Below the pieces are notes generated by a model. The model had not been told where the DNA came from, ran no database searches, and worked only from the letters and a program-made list of their open reading frames with translations. DNA of 63,980 nucleotides, counting the filler, from Octopus bimaculoides (lineage: Eukaryota), in the NCBI RefSeq assembly GCF_001194135.2. It is 7 parts of 6 records of this genome, joined end to end, with 100 filler letters (N's around TTAATTAATTAA, not from the genome) between each part and the next. Parts side by side here need not be neighbours in the genome. Positions count along the whole stretch, not along the records: positions 9,312 to 40,702 come from NC_069000.1; 6 more parts are not named here. The stretch is one strand, 5' to 3'. Position 1 is the first letter of the stretch. Each line of letters starts with the position of its first letter. A program made the position numbers and the translations under genes. This document shows, in pieces, positions 11,601 through 26,012 of the stretch.

Positions 11601-13688
11601 AAGCAATACCATCATTAATATCCTAGTATGACCACAGCTTACAGGCTTGAACAAGTAAAGGATAAAAGATAAACGATATTAGAATAATATCGTCATAGAC
11701 AAATAGATAAGAATCTAATTACTACAGAAATAAAAGAAACAGGATATTAGGAGAATAAATAAGATTAAATGCAGATATAAATATATTAACGGAAAAACTA
11801 GTATACGGCAAGGGGAACAGCAAATACATCCATAAATCAATATAAAAAAGGTTCGTATATACTAGCAATTGTGTACAAACTACGTATACACCAGCGCTTG
11901 CGTATACACAAGCACGTGCAAACATACATAACTAATTTATTGGATTAGTCAAAGCCTGGATTAGAATTGTTTACGAGTTACAAACCAGAGATATAATTAT
12001 AAACAAATCCAGAAAAAATTATATTGTAACAATTTATAAACACACTTGAAACAGTGTTGGCTTAAAATACCGGTGGATATAAAATTTATAAGGTGTATAC
12101 AAAATGTGGAACGGTGCCAGATGTAAAAATTTGTCTCAGGGCAGCTTCTGAATTAGATTTTTGTGGTTAAAACACAGGGCTTTACTCAGAACGCCGATAG
12201 ATTGGCAATCATGTTGTTTTGACTTAATTTCGTCGTGTCAGTGACTAATAATCCGGACGTTTGTGCCAAGCTGAATTTTTTTCGATTTAAAAATCGGTAA
12301 ACAAAACATTTACTGAATTATGCGAAAACTAGACAAACTAGAATTAAATTAACATTCTCAATTGAAAGAATTTCATGTTAGAATAGTGGCATGTATAACA
12401 TATATGTGTATACAAGCACGAGACATAACTAGCTGTTATATACTGTCTCAGAGAAACTTCTCAAAGAACCGTTTCTTTCGATACTTCTATCCTGCTAAGA
12501 ACATGGTACACATGCAAAGCCCTGTCCTTACAAAATGTTTATTAGACTCACCGCCAATGACTTTAAAACCAGGTTTTATTTTACCACATACAGCTTCTGT
12601 TACATAAAAAGAAAGAAACATTACTTCTTTACCCAGATTTATCTGGAACTTATTGAAAGCAACATACCACTTGACCTGAAATGGTATAATCTAAATATAT
12701 CTTCAAAAATAACTGGAAAAAGTAAAGCTTGTAATTCTTAAACAGCTGATGCACTCCAAATTCTTTTCCGATGAGACCTTTTTAATGAATAAAAAGCAAA
12801 CTTGAAAGAACTAATTCATTCAAACACATACTTTAACAGTTTCTTATTTTAGAAAATGGGTAACTTTTCTGGTTAACAATTTACCCCTTTTTTTTCGTAC
12901 TAAGACATATGTTATCTTCTCTACTAGAAATGTTTTCTATACTTAACTTCTCCTCAATATAACGTTCCTACTGACTTCGAACGCTCACCTGCAGTATCAT
13001 TTATTCACCGCCTATCGTATATCACTTGGTTTTTTTTACATAGAGCTGTCCTCCTGTTAGCAATCAATATTTTTTCTCTTATTGTGTATCACTATCGCCT
13101 TAGACGACATATNNNNNNNNNNNNNNNNNNNNNNNNNNNNNNNNNNTATATGCTGTATTATCTATTTGTACTCTTTGTATTCTTTACAGATATTATATTC
13201 TATACAGATATTAATCGATTTGTCTGCAGCTAGGCTACTTTACTCCATATTCTTTACTTGTACTCAATTCTCTTTCGCTCAATCAATTATAAATTATTTT
13301 TCAGTTTTCAATTTTTCTTCTCCTTTTTCTTATTATTTTCATATTTTCATTAAATATCCCCAGATATTTATGAGTTGATCAAAATAGGTATACCGAGAAA
13401 TCATTATTGTAAGTTTTTTTTTATTAATTCATTGAATCTTTCCCCCTTATCATTTTAAATACTTATTTATAAGTAGACTGGTCTCTGGCAGTTAATATAG
13501 TGCGGTAAATCTTGTATTAATATCTTTCTACTTTTAGACATTTCTCAATCATTTAATACATAATCCACAATAAAAAAAAAACTTTTGAGTCAGTTTTCTA
13601 ATTTTTAGATAGTACTCCCTGTAGCATTGGGGGTTCGTTATAATCTACAGCCCTCCCCAACATCTCAGGCCTTGTGCCTATAGTAGAA

Positions 13689-13689
<1 letters not shown>

Positions 13690-13739
<50 letters not shown>

Positions 13740-14237
13740 GTTATTGTCTTTGCACAACTTCTAATGCTGGAGATGTACTACAGTGTCAGCTGTAGGTAAC
13801 ACCTCTTATTTTTCGAGCACCTTCCGGAGTATTCGAGTGGTTCCAAGCAGTGCTGTTTTCTGCAAGTGCTCCACCCTTATTACAGCCCCTATTTGTTCCA
13901 CGTATTTGTTCCCTATTTGTTTCTCGAGATGTTTGCTCACTGTTCCCAGGGATCCGACAATTATTGGACTTGACAGAGCAAAAAATTGGTACGACCACAA
14001 AACTGAAGGCATCGTCGAAAATAGAAATGCAAAGATCCTATGGGATTTTATGATTCAGTATGACCATGAGATAGAGAAAACAACTGCTTAACCTCCCAAG
14101 CTGACCTATCATATCTCTCGACTCTTCTTTCTTCTTTATCGCATACCTTGCTGGGCATGCTATATCTATGATCCAGCATAGTTTGCTTTCTTTCTCAATT
14201 AAGACTATGTATGGCTTCCTATTCTCTATCTTATGCA
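13690..14237 (-). mobile_element. R4/Dong-like LINE 3' fragment with an internal inverted segment
   Basis: Minus strand: RKP(Y)IVLIEKE...IIDIACP and PIIVGSLG...RILRKVLEK* plus 3'UTR and (AAT)n tail. Plus strand: LDRAKNWY...KILWDFMIQ at ~13966-14085. Confidence 0.85.
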
Positions 14238-14255
14238 TGAGATTATTATTATTAT

Positions 14256-14332
<77 letters not shown>

Positions 14333-14902
14333 ATAGTAGTAGTAGTAGTATCATTCTAGAGCATGCTAATTTAGCTAGTAGGTATTTTATTTTGATGTTT
14401 GATGACAACAAGACTTCTCAAATCTAAAGACTCTTCCTAGCAATTCTTGTAGAATGTACGATAGTTCTTTATTCCAAGCCACAAGCCAACCGACTTTTTC
14501 TGGTTAATTTTCGCTGTTGATACCGTTTCGTAGTCCCTGAGAGCGGTGCCAATTATGGCAACGAATTTGTTTTTCGATACCACCACAGTGACGTCATCGG
14601 CGTATAAACAAGAAAATCATTTCTTTCATGTGTCAATTTTCTTCCATAGAACGCATTGCCTGATGGTTTAACACTTTAGAGAATTTGAAACATTTAGAAT
14701 GGATGTGAAAAAATAAAAGCGATTTAAAATGTTTTATCTTTTTAATTTATTGAGAAAAGAGAGAAGACCTCGCCTTTTGCTGTTTAGTCTCGATCGTCTG
14801 TTTGTTTCTCTATTTCTCCCGCTGTGTGGCCTCACTCGTTCTATTTTCATCTCTAACTCTCACTGTCAAACACCTCACCATGTTCACGCCNNNNNNNNNN
14901 AC

Positions 14903-14934
<32 letters not shown>

Positions 14935-15014
14935 GGATAGATAGGTAGATAGATAGATACATGCATATGTATGTGTACATATGTGGTGTATGTCTTTCAT
15001 TCTGTCTGTCTGTT

Positions 15015-15046
<32 letters not shown>

Positions 15047-15115
15047 TGTATGTATGTGTATGTGTATGAATGTGTGTATGAATGTACGTATGTGTGCATG
15101 TATNNNNNNNNNNTT

Positions 15116-15147
<32 letters not shown>

Positions 15148-15360
15148 TGTATGTATGTGTATGTGTATGAATGTGTGTATGAATGTACGTATGTGTGCAT
15201 GTATGTATGTATGTATTTATACCATTCAGTCTTTCTGTCTTTTAGACTATATCTGTTCTGCTCATACTGTTTTTCCCTTCATCTCTGTGTCTGTCTACCC
15301 CTCTCTCTCTCTATCTCTCTCTCTCTCTCTCTCTCACTCTCTCTCTCTCTGTTTCATAGA

Positions 15361-15392
15361 CCTAACCCTAACCCTAACCCTAACCCTAACCC
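15361..15392. repeat. Interstitial (CCCTAA)5 telomere-like tract
   Basis: cctaaccctaaccctaaccctaaccctaaccc. Confidence 0.9.
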
Positions 15393-15747
15393 TCACACCA
15401 AAGGACCAACACAAACGATAAGTCCTCAGATGACTTCGTGTGACGTCAAACATTTTCGTAGGTGAAATATTTCCCATCAGAATTTAGTCAAATGATTTGC
15501 CACGCTGAAAGGTCACCGGGTCACTGTGAAGTCTGCTTGTGGCTAGGAATTCTCTCTTGTTATATTAAAACACATCAAACAGGGCCAACAATTAATACAC
15601 ACACACACACACACACACACACACGAACACGTAGACACACACTCGTACGTAATATATATACTTGTGTATATATATATATATATATATGCGTGTGCGTTTA
15701 TGTGTGTGTGTTTATGTGGGCATGTTTGTGTGCGTATTTCTTTGCTA

Positions 15748-15784
<37 letters not shown>

Positions 15785-15848
15785 CACACGCACATACATA
15801 CGTTTATTTACACTTCTGTATATGTAGAGTATAAGTATACTGATAATC

Positions 15849-15933
<85 letters not shown>

Positions 15934-17994
15934 CATGTATGTATGTATATGCATACATTCATATACCCATAAATACACATGCATACATACGACCATACAT
16001 ACATACATACATACATACATACATGCATGCATACGCACGTACGTACTCATACGTACACACGTCTCTCATGTAAATAAACGGGAAATAAAACTAAATATAA
16101 TGTCGAATAAAATATTTTAAATGTGACATTACTTTGTCACCGGAGCAACAATACTTCATAATTAATTATATCATGAGATTCTTAGTCGGCGGAATGTTAT
16201 AAACGCGTGCACTTGTTGTGGCTGTTGTTTCTATATGTATATATATATATATATATGTATATGTATAACTCTCACTGTTGTATTATAGAAGACATCTCCC
16301 CGGTGTAACACGTGTTCGGATCAATCCTGAAACCACGTGAATATGAAATTATCTTCAGATTCTAAACCCCAACTTATCAGTAAGCACTTCGAGTTTGAAT
16401 TTGGGCAGAAAAGAAACTACCTGATGGTCCGTCGGTTGGAGTATATATGTTATTACTTTGTTTTAACCGATCTATGTCACATTCTCTGCACCGCTGAGTT
16501 TGTCTGTGTTATTAATTTAAGATACTAACGTCTATGAAATGCAAAAACATTTACAACGAACTACAAGCTGGACCTTGGTTATTTACCTGTAAACCCGACA
16601 CGATGTTTGAGGGTACCTCTTCTATATTTCATTAAATTGGCCATAAGGCTTTATAAAGAATTGCAAGAAGCAAAGCGGGCTGGACGCATACATTAATGAA
16701 ATGAGAGATGATGAAATATGAATGATATAAATGAGAGGGATATTCGGCGCCCGCCGACCGAAAACCCTAGGGTTACACTTCTTACTGCATTGTAATCAAG
16801 CATGTATATATGGATACATGTATGTATGTATGTATGTATGTATGTATGTATGTATGTATGTATGACTTTGTATTTTCTACTCCCCACCTCATCACTTGAC
16901 ACCCGGTGTTGGTTTATTTAATTCCCCTTAACTTAGTGGTTCAACAAATGAGAGATCGATAGATTAAGTACAATACCATACCTTAAGAATAAGGTTTTTT
17001 TGCGAGTGGGGGGGTCGATGTTTTTAACTAAAACCTTTCAAGGCAGTGCTACAACATGGCCGCAGTTCAATGACTGTAAACAGGTATAAGATAAAATGCA
17101 ACGGATAATAGATGGCGCTCAGACGCAACCAACACACGTTCGAAGAATATCTCTCGGTAGATGACTTTTGAATTGTTCAAAGAAAGGAAACGAAGAAGGT
17201 AATTCTTAATGATGCCTGTTGCTTTTCCCACTGACAAGAATGCCTGTTGAGTAATCTTGTTAGTACTGACAATTCTCGGTAAGTGATAAATCGATTATCA
17301 CCGCAGTTGTAAAATTATCCCAAGAAATGGTTATTTGTCATTTCCAGCAGCTGACTCCTATGGAATGATAGATTACCCTTTCTATGTCCATAGAATATGA
17401 GGGAAAGATGGAGTAACTTCAGTGTTGGTAACAAGGAAATTAATAATTCTTCGTACTATTAAGCATAAAGCCTGGAAGCGTGTGTGTATGTGTGTATGTG
17501 TGTGTGTGTGAGTGTTAGTTTGGCTGCATCGACTCGCGTACTCATCTAGTACTTATTCTATTTTCGACTCCGAAAGAATAAAAGACAAAGACCCTTCCCC
17601 AAAAATTTCAGACTTTATGTCTTTATTAGAAAGGAATGGTGAGCTGGCAGAATCGTTGCCATGTCGACAAGATGCTTAATGACATTTCGTCTGTAATTAC
17701 GTTCCGAGGTCAAATTCTGCCGGTGTCAGAAACAATCCCTATGACAATAGATGCATCAGGTATGATAAAAAAAAAATACTTTCACAAAAATACATAACCA
17801 AAATATCAGGGCTTACGAATGTATATATGACATATGGAAACTAGTACTACCAGGCACTGCACTGATCCTACGTAAATAAGTAACTTTCAATAGAGCGAAA
17901 ATACGAGCATCACAACAAACTACAGCACATACCCAAGGCACACAGATCTGCGCTCGGTTGTGCAGTGAAAGCACGGGATAAAAATAACACTGCT

Positions 17995-18003
17995 GTATAA
18001 TAA

Positions 18004-18094
<91 letters not shown>

Positions 18095-18209
18095 AAGAAG
18101 AAGAAGAAGACGAAAAAGAAGAATTGTAGTAGTAGTAGTAGTAACAACAACAACAATAATAATAATGCAAACAACAACAACAATAATAATAATAATAATA
18201 ATAATAATG

Positions 18210-18243
<34 letters not shown>

Positions 18244-18254
18244 TAAAAATAATG

Positions 18255-18329
<75 letters not shown>

Positions 18330-18340
18330 GTAATAATAAT
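17995..18340. repeat. Compound trinucleotide microsatellite (AAT/AAG/TAG/CAA/AAT)
   Basis: Direct inspection; source of poly-Y/S/I artefact ORFs. Confidence 0.95.
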
Positions 18341-18461
18341 TAAACAAACATCGTATTTGATACGCTACGCAGCCATAGAGTACATTGAGCAAATCATGAA
18401 AAAAAAATATTGGTAGCGAGAGAACTGGAAGAGTGCGTGGATGGAGGGAGAGAGAGAGGCG

Positions 18462-18504
<43 letters not shown>

Positions 18505-18719
18505 GAAATTGCTCAAATCAACAGAAGTTGAAGGTAAAGATTATGTTACAAATTTTTAATAAAATGTTATTATGTTTACATTATCATGACATTATGTGTG
18601 CAGTAGGAAAATGTCATAAAGCTGTCAGATGAGAGCCGAGCGTCGCACAAGCTGTTCCGCGTCTGTTACAGAACAGCAGCAGCAGTTGGCTGTTATGGTG
18701 ATAGTGTAATTAGGTGCTC

Positions 18720-18970
18720 GTGGTAGACGGAAACTGAAAGAAGCCCGTCGTATGTATGTGCGTGTGTGTTTGGGTGTTTGTGTTTGTTCCCTCCCCAAAG
18801 GCGCTTGACAACCGATGCTGGTGTGTTTACGTCCCCGTAAACTAGCGGTTCGGCAAAAGGGGGACCGATTGAATAAGTACTACGCTTACAAAGAATAAGC
18901 GCTGGTGTCGACTAAAGGTGGTGCTCCAGTATGGCCGCAGTCAAATGACTGAAACGAGTAAAAGAATATA
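18720..18970 (+). mobile_element. SINE family A, 5'-truncated
   Basis: ggtagacggaaactgaaagaagcccgtcg...ggccgcagtcaaatgactgaaac. Confidence 0.8.
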
Positions 18971-19469
18971 AATATACACCGGATATTGAATAGTGTGGAC
19001 CTGGACAAATAAACTGGACGAGATAGTCACGGTTGGCTGACTGATTGTTATAGTACAAGCGCCTAGGTGTATGCATACCAAAAACGTTCGACGAGATGGT
19101 CACGGCTGGTACATCTTTGATTATAGGCCTGGCCGACTAATGGAGTTTTGGGGCTAAATAGCAAAAATACAATAAAAATAGGAAATACTGAATAATGTAG
19201 ACATGAATACACATACCAAAAATGCCCGACGAGGTGGCCATGGCTAGAACCTCCTCGATTATAAAGGTTCAGCCGTCAAGTGGTGACCATGGGTTAAACA
19301 AGAAAAATAGCAACGAGATCTACCACGTTATTTTGGGATTTAATTACAAAATCATCACTTGCGTAACGACGTTAACTTATTAATAGACAAAACAGTTGAT
19401 TGCATTTCGTGTTGGAGCGTAATAACACGTGACATACAAGTAACAAATATAGACAAATCGATTAACTAT

Positions 19470-19522
<53 letters not shown>

Positions 19523-19556
19523 ACAATATTAATACTATTACTTCAACTGCTGCTAC

Positions 19557-19597
<41 letters not shown>

Positions 19598-20155
19598 TTA
19601 TTACTATTATTATTATTATTATTAAATGCAGTCAGTGATTCGGAGAGAGCAGGAGGTTTGTGCATGAGTGGTTATGTGAATGGCGGGTTGTACAATCGAA
19701 TCGGTTACGGATCACATAACTATACTACATTTNNNNNNNNNNNNNNNNNNNNNNNNNNNNNNNNNNNNNNNNNNNNNNNNNNNNNNNNNNNNNNNNNNNN
19801 NNNNNNNNNNNNNNNNNNNNNNNNNNNNNNNNNNNNNNNNNNNNNNNNNNNNNNNNNNNNNNNNNNNNNNNNNNNNNNNNNNNNNNNNNNNNNNNNNNNN
19901 NNNNNNNNNNNNNNNNNNNNNNNNNNNNNNNNNNNNNNNNNNNNNNNTGTATGTCTATATTTATATATATATAGACACACACACATATCTATGGAAATGG
20001 TTCAGCAGATTCGCAAGAAATAAAGGCAATTTGCTCAAAATACGTTATAGTTAATTATATCTCGATTTATCTGTGTAATATTAATATGCATTTGTTTGTT
20101 TTTGCTAAGAGCATCATTTTTCATTTCATTTTTCCTATTGTTTTAAAATTTCTTT

Positions 20156-20198
<43 letters not shown>

Positions 20199-20424
20199 AC
20201 AGTGAATTAAAAGCACCGCAAGTGTTGTAAACATTATCGACCGCACATACTCATTAAATGCGTTTTATTTATTTGCCGATTTGCTGTGGCGTAGCGCCTG
20301 GGTGGACACTCCCTCATAATGCTGGAGTTGTCTCGCCTGTCTATGACTTTTAGGTGTTTTAACATCCAACGTAATGAGGAAGACGTCCCCCAGGCGCCGG
20401 GCGCAGCGAAACGGTGACTATATA

Positions 20425-20554
20425 CAGGATGATTCAAAAGTCGCCATACATAGCAACAATTTATTTTTTTATAAGAAACAGTTTTTTTCTTATTTAACTG
20501 TTTTTTATGAAAAAATAAAATGTTCCTATGTATGGTGACTTTTGAATCATCCTG
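20425..20554. mobile_element. Tc1/mariner MITE, 130 bp
   Basis: 29-bp TIRs caggatgattcaaaagtc(g/a)ccatacatag with one mismatch, TA on both sides. Confidence 0.92.
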
Positions 20555-21148
20555 TAGATGTGTGTGTGTGTGCAGAAGTGGCTGTGCGGTCGAAAACTTA
20601 CCTTTGGCTGAATTAAAAGAATTGACGCGGTGAACTTCAAAAGAAGTCCTTCAATTTTCTAGCCAAATAATGCTGCCAAAATTTCTAGAAGTTTGACTAA
20701 AAGTTATAAAAACCGGCGAGCTGAAAGTTAGGCAGAGCCATCCAAAAGTCCACGCAGAGGTTTTCCGCTCTGCTTCGTGAGATGATCTCTCACTCTCTTT
20801 TATATTCACTTACAGAACGAACTGAGGCGCAGCGCCAAAATATGTCACTCGGCTTTATGATAATACTTTCTCCTTGTTTATTCTTAATTTGCTCTCGGTA
20901 ATTATAAATTGTCTTTGTATTACTATTTACAATATAACTATGCAGCGGAGACTTGTACTTCTTCCATTCTATATCTTTTGAATGGTGTCCCAATTTATTC
21001 GACCGTTGTATCTTTTATCTTTTACTTTATCTATATACATATACATATACATATATACACATATACATCTATATATACGTATATATATGTATATACATAT
21101 ATATACATATACATATATATATATGTTTATGTATATGTATGTATGTAC

Positions 21149-21185
<37 letters not shown>

Positions 21186-21479
21186 CACACATGTATTGAT
21201 GGATCGATGTATTGCATGCCAACATATTTTCACATTTTCACATGGGCTTTAATTTATTGTAAACCTTTCTAACCGTATTTCATTCTCTTCTGAATCCATA
21301 TTCAATCAGAAATTCCCTTTTATTCGTTATTGTTAGCCAATGGTGTCCGTCGAGATTCACTGCTTTAGATACACGTAGAAATTTCTCCTCCATTCAGATA
21401 TAATTACGAACATGAATCAAGTACGTATTGCAGCTTTACGTGTATGTTCTGTTGTTAATATTAGTCACATCTAAAGCAA

Positions 21480-21790
21480 CGAGCTGTCAGAATCGTTACC
21501 ATGTGAGACGTAATGCTTGGTCGTATTTCATCCGTCTTTACGGTCTGAGTTCAAATTCCGTCCCTTTCATCCTTTTGGGGTCGATAAATTAAGTACCAGT
21601 TGCGTACTCGGGTCGATCTAATAGACTGGCTCCCTCCACCCCAAAAAAAATTTCGGTCCTTGTGCCTAGAATAGAAAAGAATACTTAGCGATATTTCATC
21701 CGTCTTTCCGTTCTGAGTTCAAATTCCGCCGAGGTCGCTTCCGCCTTTCATCCATTCGGGGGTCGATAAAATTAAGGTCTAGTTGAACAC
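21480..21790 (+). mobile_element. Two adjacent SINE family B copies
   Basis: gagctg.cagaatcgtta...ctgagttcaaattccgcc...cctttcatcc..ggggtcgataaattaagtacc. Confidence 0.75.
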
Positions 21791-22931
21791 TGGTTGAACG
21801 ATGGGGCTTTTTTACCGTTTATAGAATACGTGGTCGTATTCACATTTCGTTGTTATCTTACCTATCCACTAATCTGTTATTTCTAACTCGCCAGTACCAC
21901 TTTTATCATAAGGGGAAAATATTCCACAATTCTATTAGTCCAGTAATCGATAGAAGGGCAGTAAACTATATCTAAATCTAAAACATGTTACTTCTTTCAG
22001 AATTTCTCGATCGGAAAACGAGACGGCAAAAAAAAAAAAGATTACAAAGCATTTTGTGTTGGTGATTTGTTAAAAGAAGCATTTGTGAGAGAGAGAGGCG
22101 ATGATAGGTTATTTAATGGATTTTGCAACAAACGTGAGAGTATGTCAGTAACACAAGTCTTACTGGTATTAGGCAACAAGCATTACAAGTTAAATACATG
22201 CCATTTCAAGTGACATTCAAATTCTACGAAAGACAGACTTCGTAACATATGATTGGTTCTCACTACAATTTGACAAGTTAACAGTTATATCAGACACAGC
22301 ACAGTTAATAGCTATTGTAAGAATGATATTTAATGGCGGCGCTACACAAGAACGGCACTTGAAAATATTGCCCATGGAAAGGTGAAAAAGTTGGGTTTAA
22401 ATTACGAAGTCAAAGCACTTCTAATAATGTTAACCTTATCGGACACACATACATAGTGTGTTTTTGTTTATACGCCGAATTTGCAGAAGGATAGCGTCCA
22501 GGGAAAGCTCTCCAAACGATGCCAAGTGTTAAATAACACCTGAATATCACAGACCAAACGAGTCAACTCGCACTAGAATCACAGAGAATAGTAGACATGG
22601 ATATTTCGCTGTTATTGTGATTTGATGATGATGAAGGTGATGGTGATGGTGATGGTGATGGCGGCGGTGACTTTGATCCGAGGGAACATCACACAAGCAA
22701 TTTAGACAGCCTAACAATGTCACGTGATCTGCAACGAGATGTGGTGACGTGAACGATGTAAATTGCGCTCAAATTGCTACTAATTTGCCGGTCGTGTTCA
22801 CCATTTTTGTTGTTTTCGTGAGACAATTTCAAATTTTCTTTAATTCCTTCTTTCCCTCTTCCTCCCTTCCTTCTATTCTTTCCCTTATTTTTCCTCCATT
22901 TTTTCCCCTTTCGTCTCTCCGCCTCTCTCTT

Positions 22932-23012
<81 letters not shown>

Positions 23013-23256
23013 CTCTCTTGCACTTTTTATATTTTGTGTCGTAGTATTTTGCGATTAATGTTCTTTATTGCTGCTCTCTAAACGAGATCCTCCCTTCTTC
23101 ACCGCTCTTTTTTCTGGCACAAAAGTACAAACACACACACACACACACACATACACACACACACACACATCAGAGTACCTGGAGGGAGCATCTACGCAGC
23201 TTGCTTTGCTAAATATTTTTGCTCGAAATAGCAACAAAAATCCTTTTTCAATTACA

Positions 23257-23844
23257 GAAGCGCAGGAGTGGCCGAGCGGCAAGAAGCTTGCTTCCCAACC
23301 ACAAGGTTCCGGGTTCAGTTCCACTATGTGGCACCTTGGGCAGGTGTCTTCTACTATAGCCTCGGGCCGACCAAAGCCTTATTATTGGACTCGATAGACA
23401 GAAACTGAAAGAAGCCCGTCGTACATATATGTGCAACTGTGTCTTTGTCCCCACCACTGCTTGGCAACAGGTGTTGGTGTGTTTACGTCCCATAACTTAA
23501 CACTTTGGCAAAAGAAACCGATAAAATCAGTGTCAGGCATAAAAATACTGGGGTTGCTTCGCCCATCTAACAGTTCTTCAAGGCGGTGCCCCGGCATGGC
23601 CGCTGTCTAAACATATAACAGAGAACAGAAAAAAGAAGATACAATCATCACCTGCGAAACAATCACGACTTATGCTGTCCTAAATTCTCGGGGTGTGTGG
23701 TAAGAAGCTTGCTTCCCAAGCACATGGTTCCAGGTTCAGTCCCACTGCGTGGCGCCTTGGCATCTGTCTTCTGCTATAGCGTCGGGCCGACCAAAGCCTT
23801 ATGAGTGGTTTCGGTAGATGGAAACTGAAAGATGCCGTCGTATA

Positions 23845-23860
<16 letters not shown>
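23257..23860 (+). mobile_element. Two adjacent SINE family A copies (23257-23610; 23693-23860)
   Basis: A/B-box heads gcaggagtggccgagcgg...gggttcagttcc and tgtggtaagaagc...aggttcagtccc with the shared body. Confidence 0.8.
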
Positions 23861-23877
<17 letters not shown>

Positions 23878-24649
23878 GTGCGAGTGTGTGTGTGTGTTTG
23901 TCCCCCCTTCGGTCATATATTGTCTAATGATCCTGAGACTGGACAACTGAAACACCAGATTAATTTGACATTTTTTTCTTCTTCGTCTTCTTTCCATCGC
24001 TTTTCCTCTTTTCTTTTCTGTGGTAACTAACTTCAGTCCGAAACGTTAAAGAAGCATCTCTTTCCTTTCAAGCGTTATACGAATAACAACTTTGCTAAAG
24101 CTCGTCCCTCACTTTCCCCTTTTTTATATTTTTCTTTTTTCTCTCAGCCATCGATTGTACATTTACCTATAAATCTTATGGATCGGCCTCGAAGGGTTTT
24201 GGTCGGAACTAGAGTTGGACAAAATTGCCTCAGATACATGACACTCAGACCAATCCAGAAAACGTATGGATTCAAAGCAAGGTACTTAATCACGAAGTCA
24301 TGCCACTACAGTTTGTTGCGCAACCGGAATTATCATTCTTCGTAAACGACGGAGGACCATCTATGAGACATACAAAATGAACATACTTTTCAATATACGT
24401 GGGGGTTTTATGTATATATAAATGTGTGAGAAGTGAGCGTACGTAAGTATATATGTATACGGGAGTATGTACGCTCTTTCAAACAAAATATATATATATA
24501 CATATACATACATATATATACAACTCGTTTATGTGTGTATTTTTATATGGGTGAGTGTCTGTGTGAGTGTATATGTCTGTGTTGCCTCATTATTTCTCAT
24601 TTCTCTCTTAGTCTACACGGTTTACATTCCTTGTTAACAGCACATCATG

Positions 24650-25079
24650 CTGCTTCTTCTCCTCTTCCTCCTCCTCCTCCTCCTCCTCCTCCTCTTTCTT
24701 TTTCTTCATCTTCTTCTTAAATTATTATTGTATTTCTAGTTTTCGTTACTTGTTCTCAGTTGTCATTGTACTTTTCTTCTTCTTCTTCTTCTTCTTCTTC
24801 TTCTTCTTCTTCCTCTCTTCTTCATTTTCTCCTTTTACTTTTATTTCTTTTCTTTCTTTTTTCCTCTGCGTCTTCCTTTTCTTCTTCGTCTTCTCCCATT
24901 TCTTATTTTTCTTATTTTTCTCTCTACTTCCTCTTCTTCTTAAGTCTCTCCTTTTGCTTTTACTTCTTTTCTTTCTTTTTCTTCTTCGTCTTCTCCTATT
25001 TCTTATTTTCTTCTTTTTCTTCTGCTACTACTGCTACTACTACTGCTACTACTACAAATAATAATAATAATGATTATTA

Positions 25080-25155
<76 letters not shown>
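24650..25155. repeat. Compound CT-rich/trinucleotide low-complexity tract
   Basis: (CCT)(TTC)(CTA)(AAT)(ATT) runs. Confidence 0.9.
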
Positions 25156-25156
<1 letters not shown>

Positions 25157-25251
25157 TCTTTCTCTTTTCGTTTTCCTATTCTATGTAATTTTCTTGACTT
25201 CTTAATGTCAGTCTATACACAAGTGTATATAAATACATATGGAGAGAGGTT

Positions 25252-25305
<54 letters not shown>

Positions 25306-25734
25306 TGTATATGTATAGATATATATATACACACATACATATATATATACGCACGCACACATACGTGTGCGCTTGTGTGTGTATGTATCTGTGTGGATTT
25401 GTATATACGTATAACTATGTATGTGTGTGTGTGTGTGTGTGTTTGTGTCTTGGAGATAATTCTTTGCATATGTGTGGGAAGGAAGCGTATAATAAAATTC
25501 CAATATCTTCATATTTCCAAGAAACGAAGCAACAGGATTGTAAAACTGGTGTTTAACTGCGAATATTCTACTGATAAGTAGACGGTTAATGAATCTTAAG
25601 CCTCACTCTCTCTCTATATATATGTATATATATGTTTTGTGGTCATGCGTAGGTGTGGTTACTCTTTTACACTTTTACACTTTTACACGTTTCAGCCATG
25701 CGGCTGTGCTCATGATGGAGTACCATATATATAT

Positions 25735-25933
25735 ATTCTTTTATTCCCGTATTCTTTTACTCGTTTCAGCCATTTTGTCCAGCAAATCGACCCCAGGACT
25801 TTGTAAGCTTAGTACTCATTCTATCGGGCTGCTTTTGCCGAACCGCTAAGTTACGGGGGCGTAAACACACCAGCATCGGTTGTCAAGCGATGTTGGTGGA
25901 GGGGCAAAAAATAAACACACAAATATGTACATG

Positions 25934-25966
<33 letters not shown>

Positions 25967-26012
25967 GACGGGCTTCTTTCAGTTTCCGTCTACCAAATCC
26001 ACTCACAAAGCT
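25735..26012 (-). mobile_element. SINE family A
   Basis: Reverse complement of the family A body and tail. Confidence 0.75.

Noticed and set aside
14990-15210. Tandem duplication around the 15104-15113 gap
   Set aside because: Near-identical flanks on both sides of a 10-N gap indicate an unmerged contig overlap.
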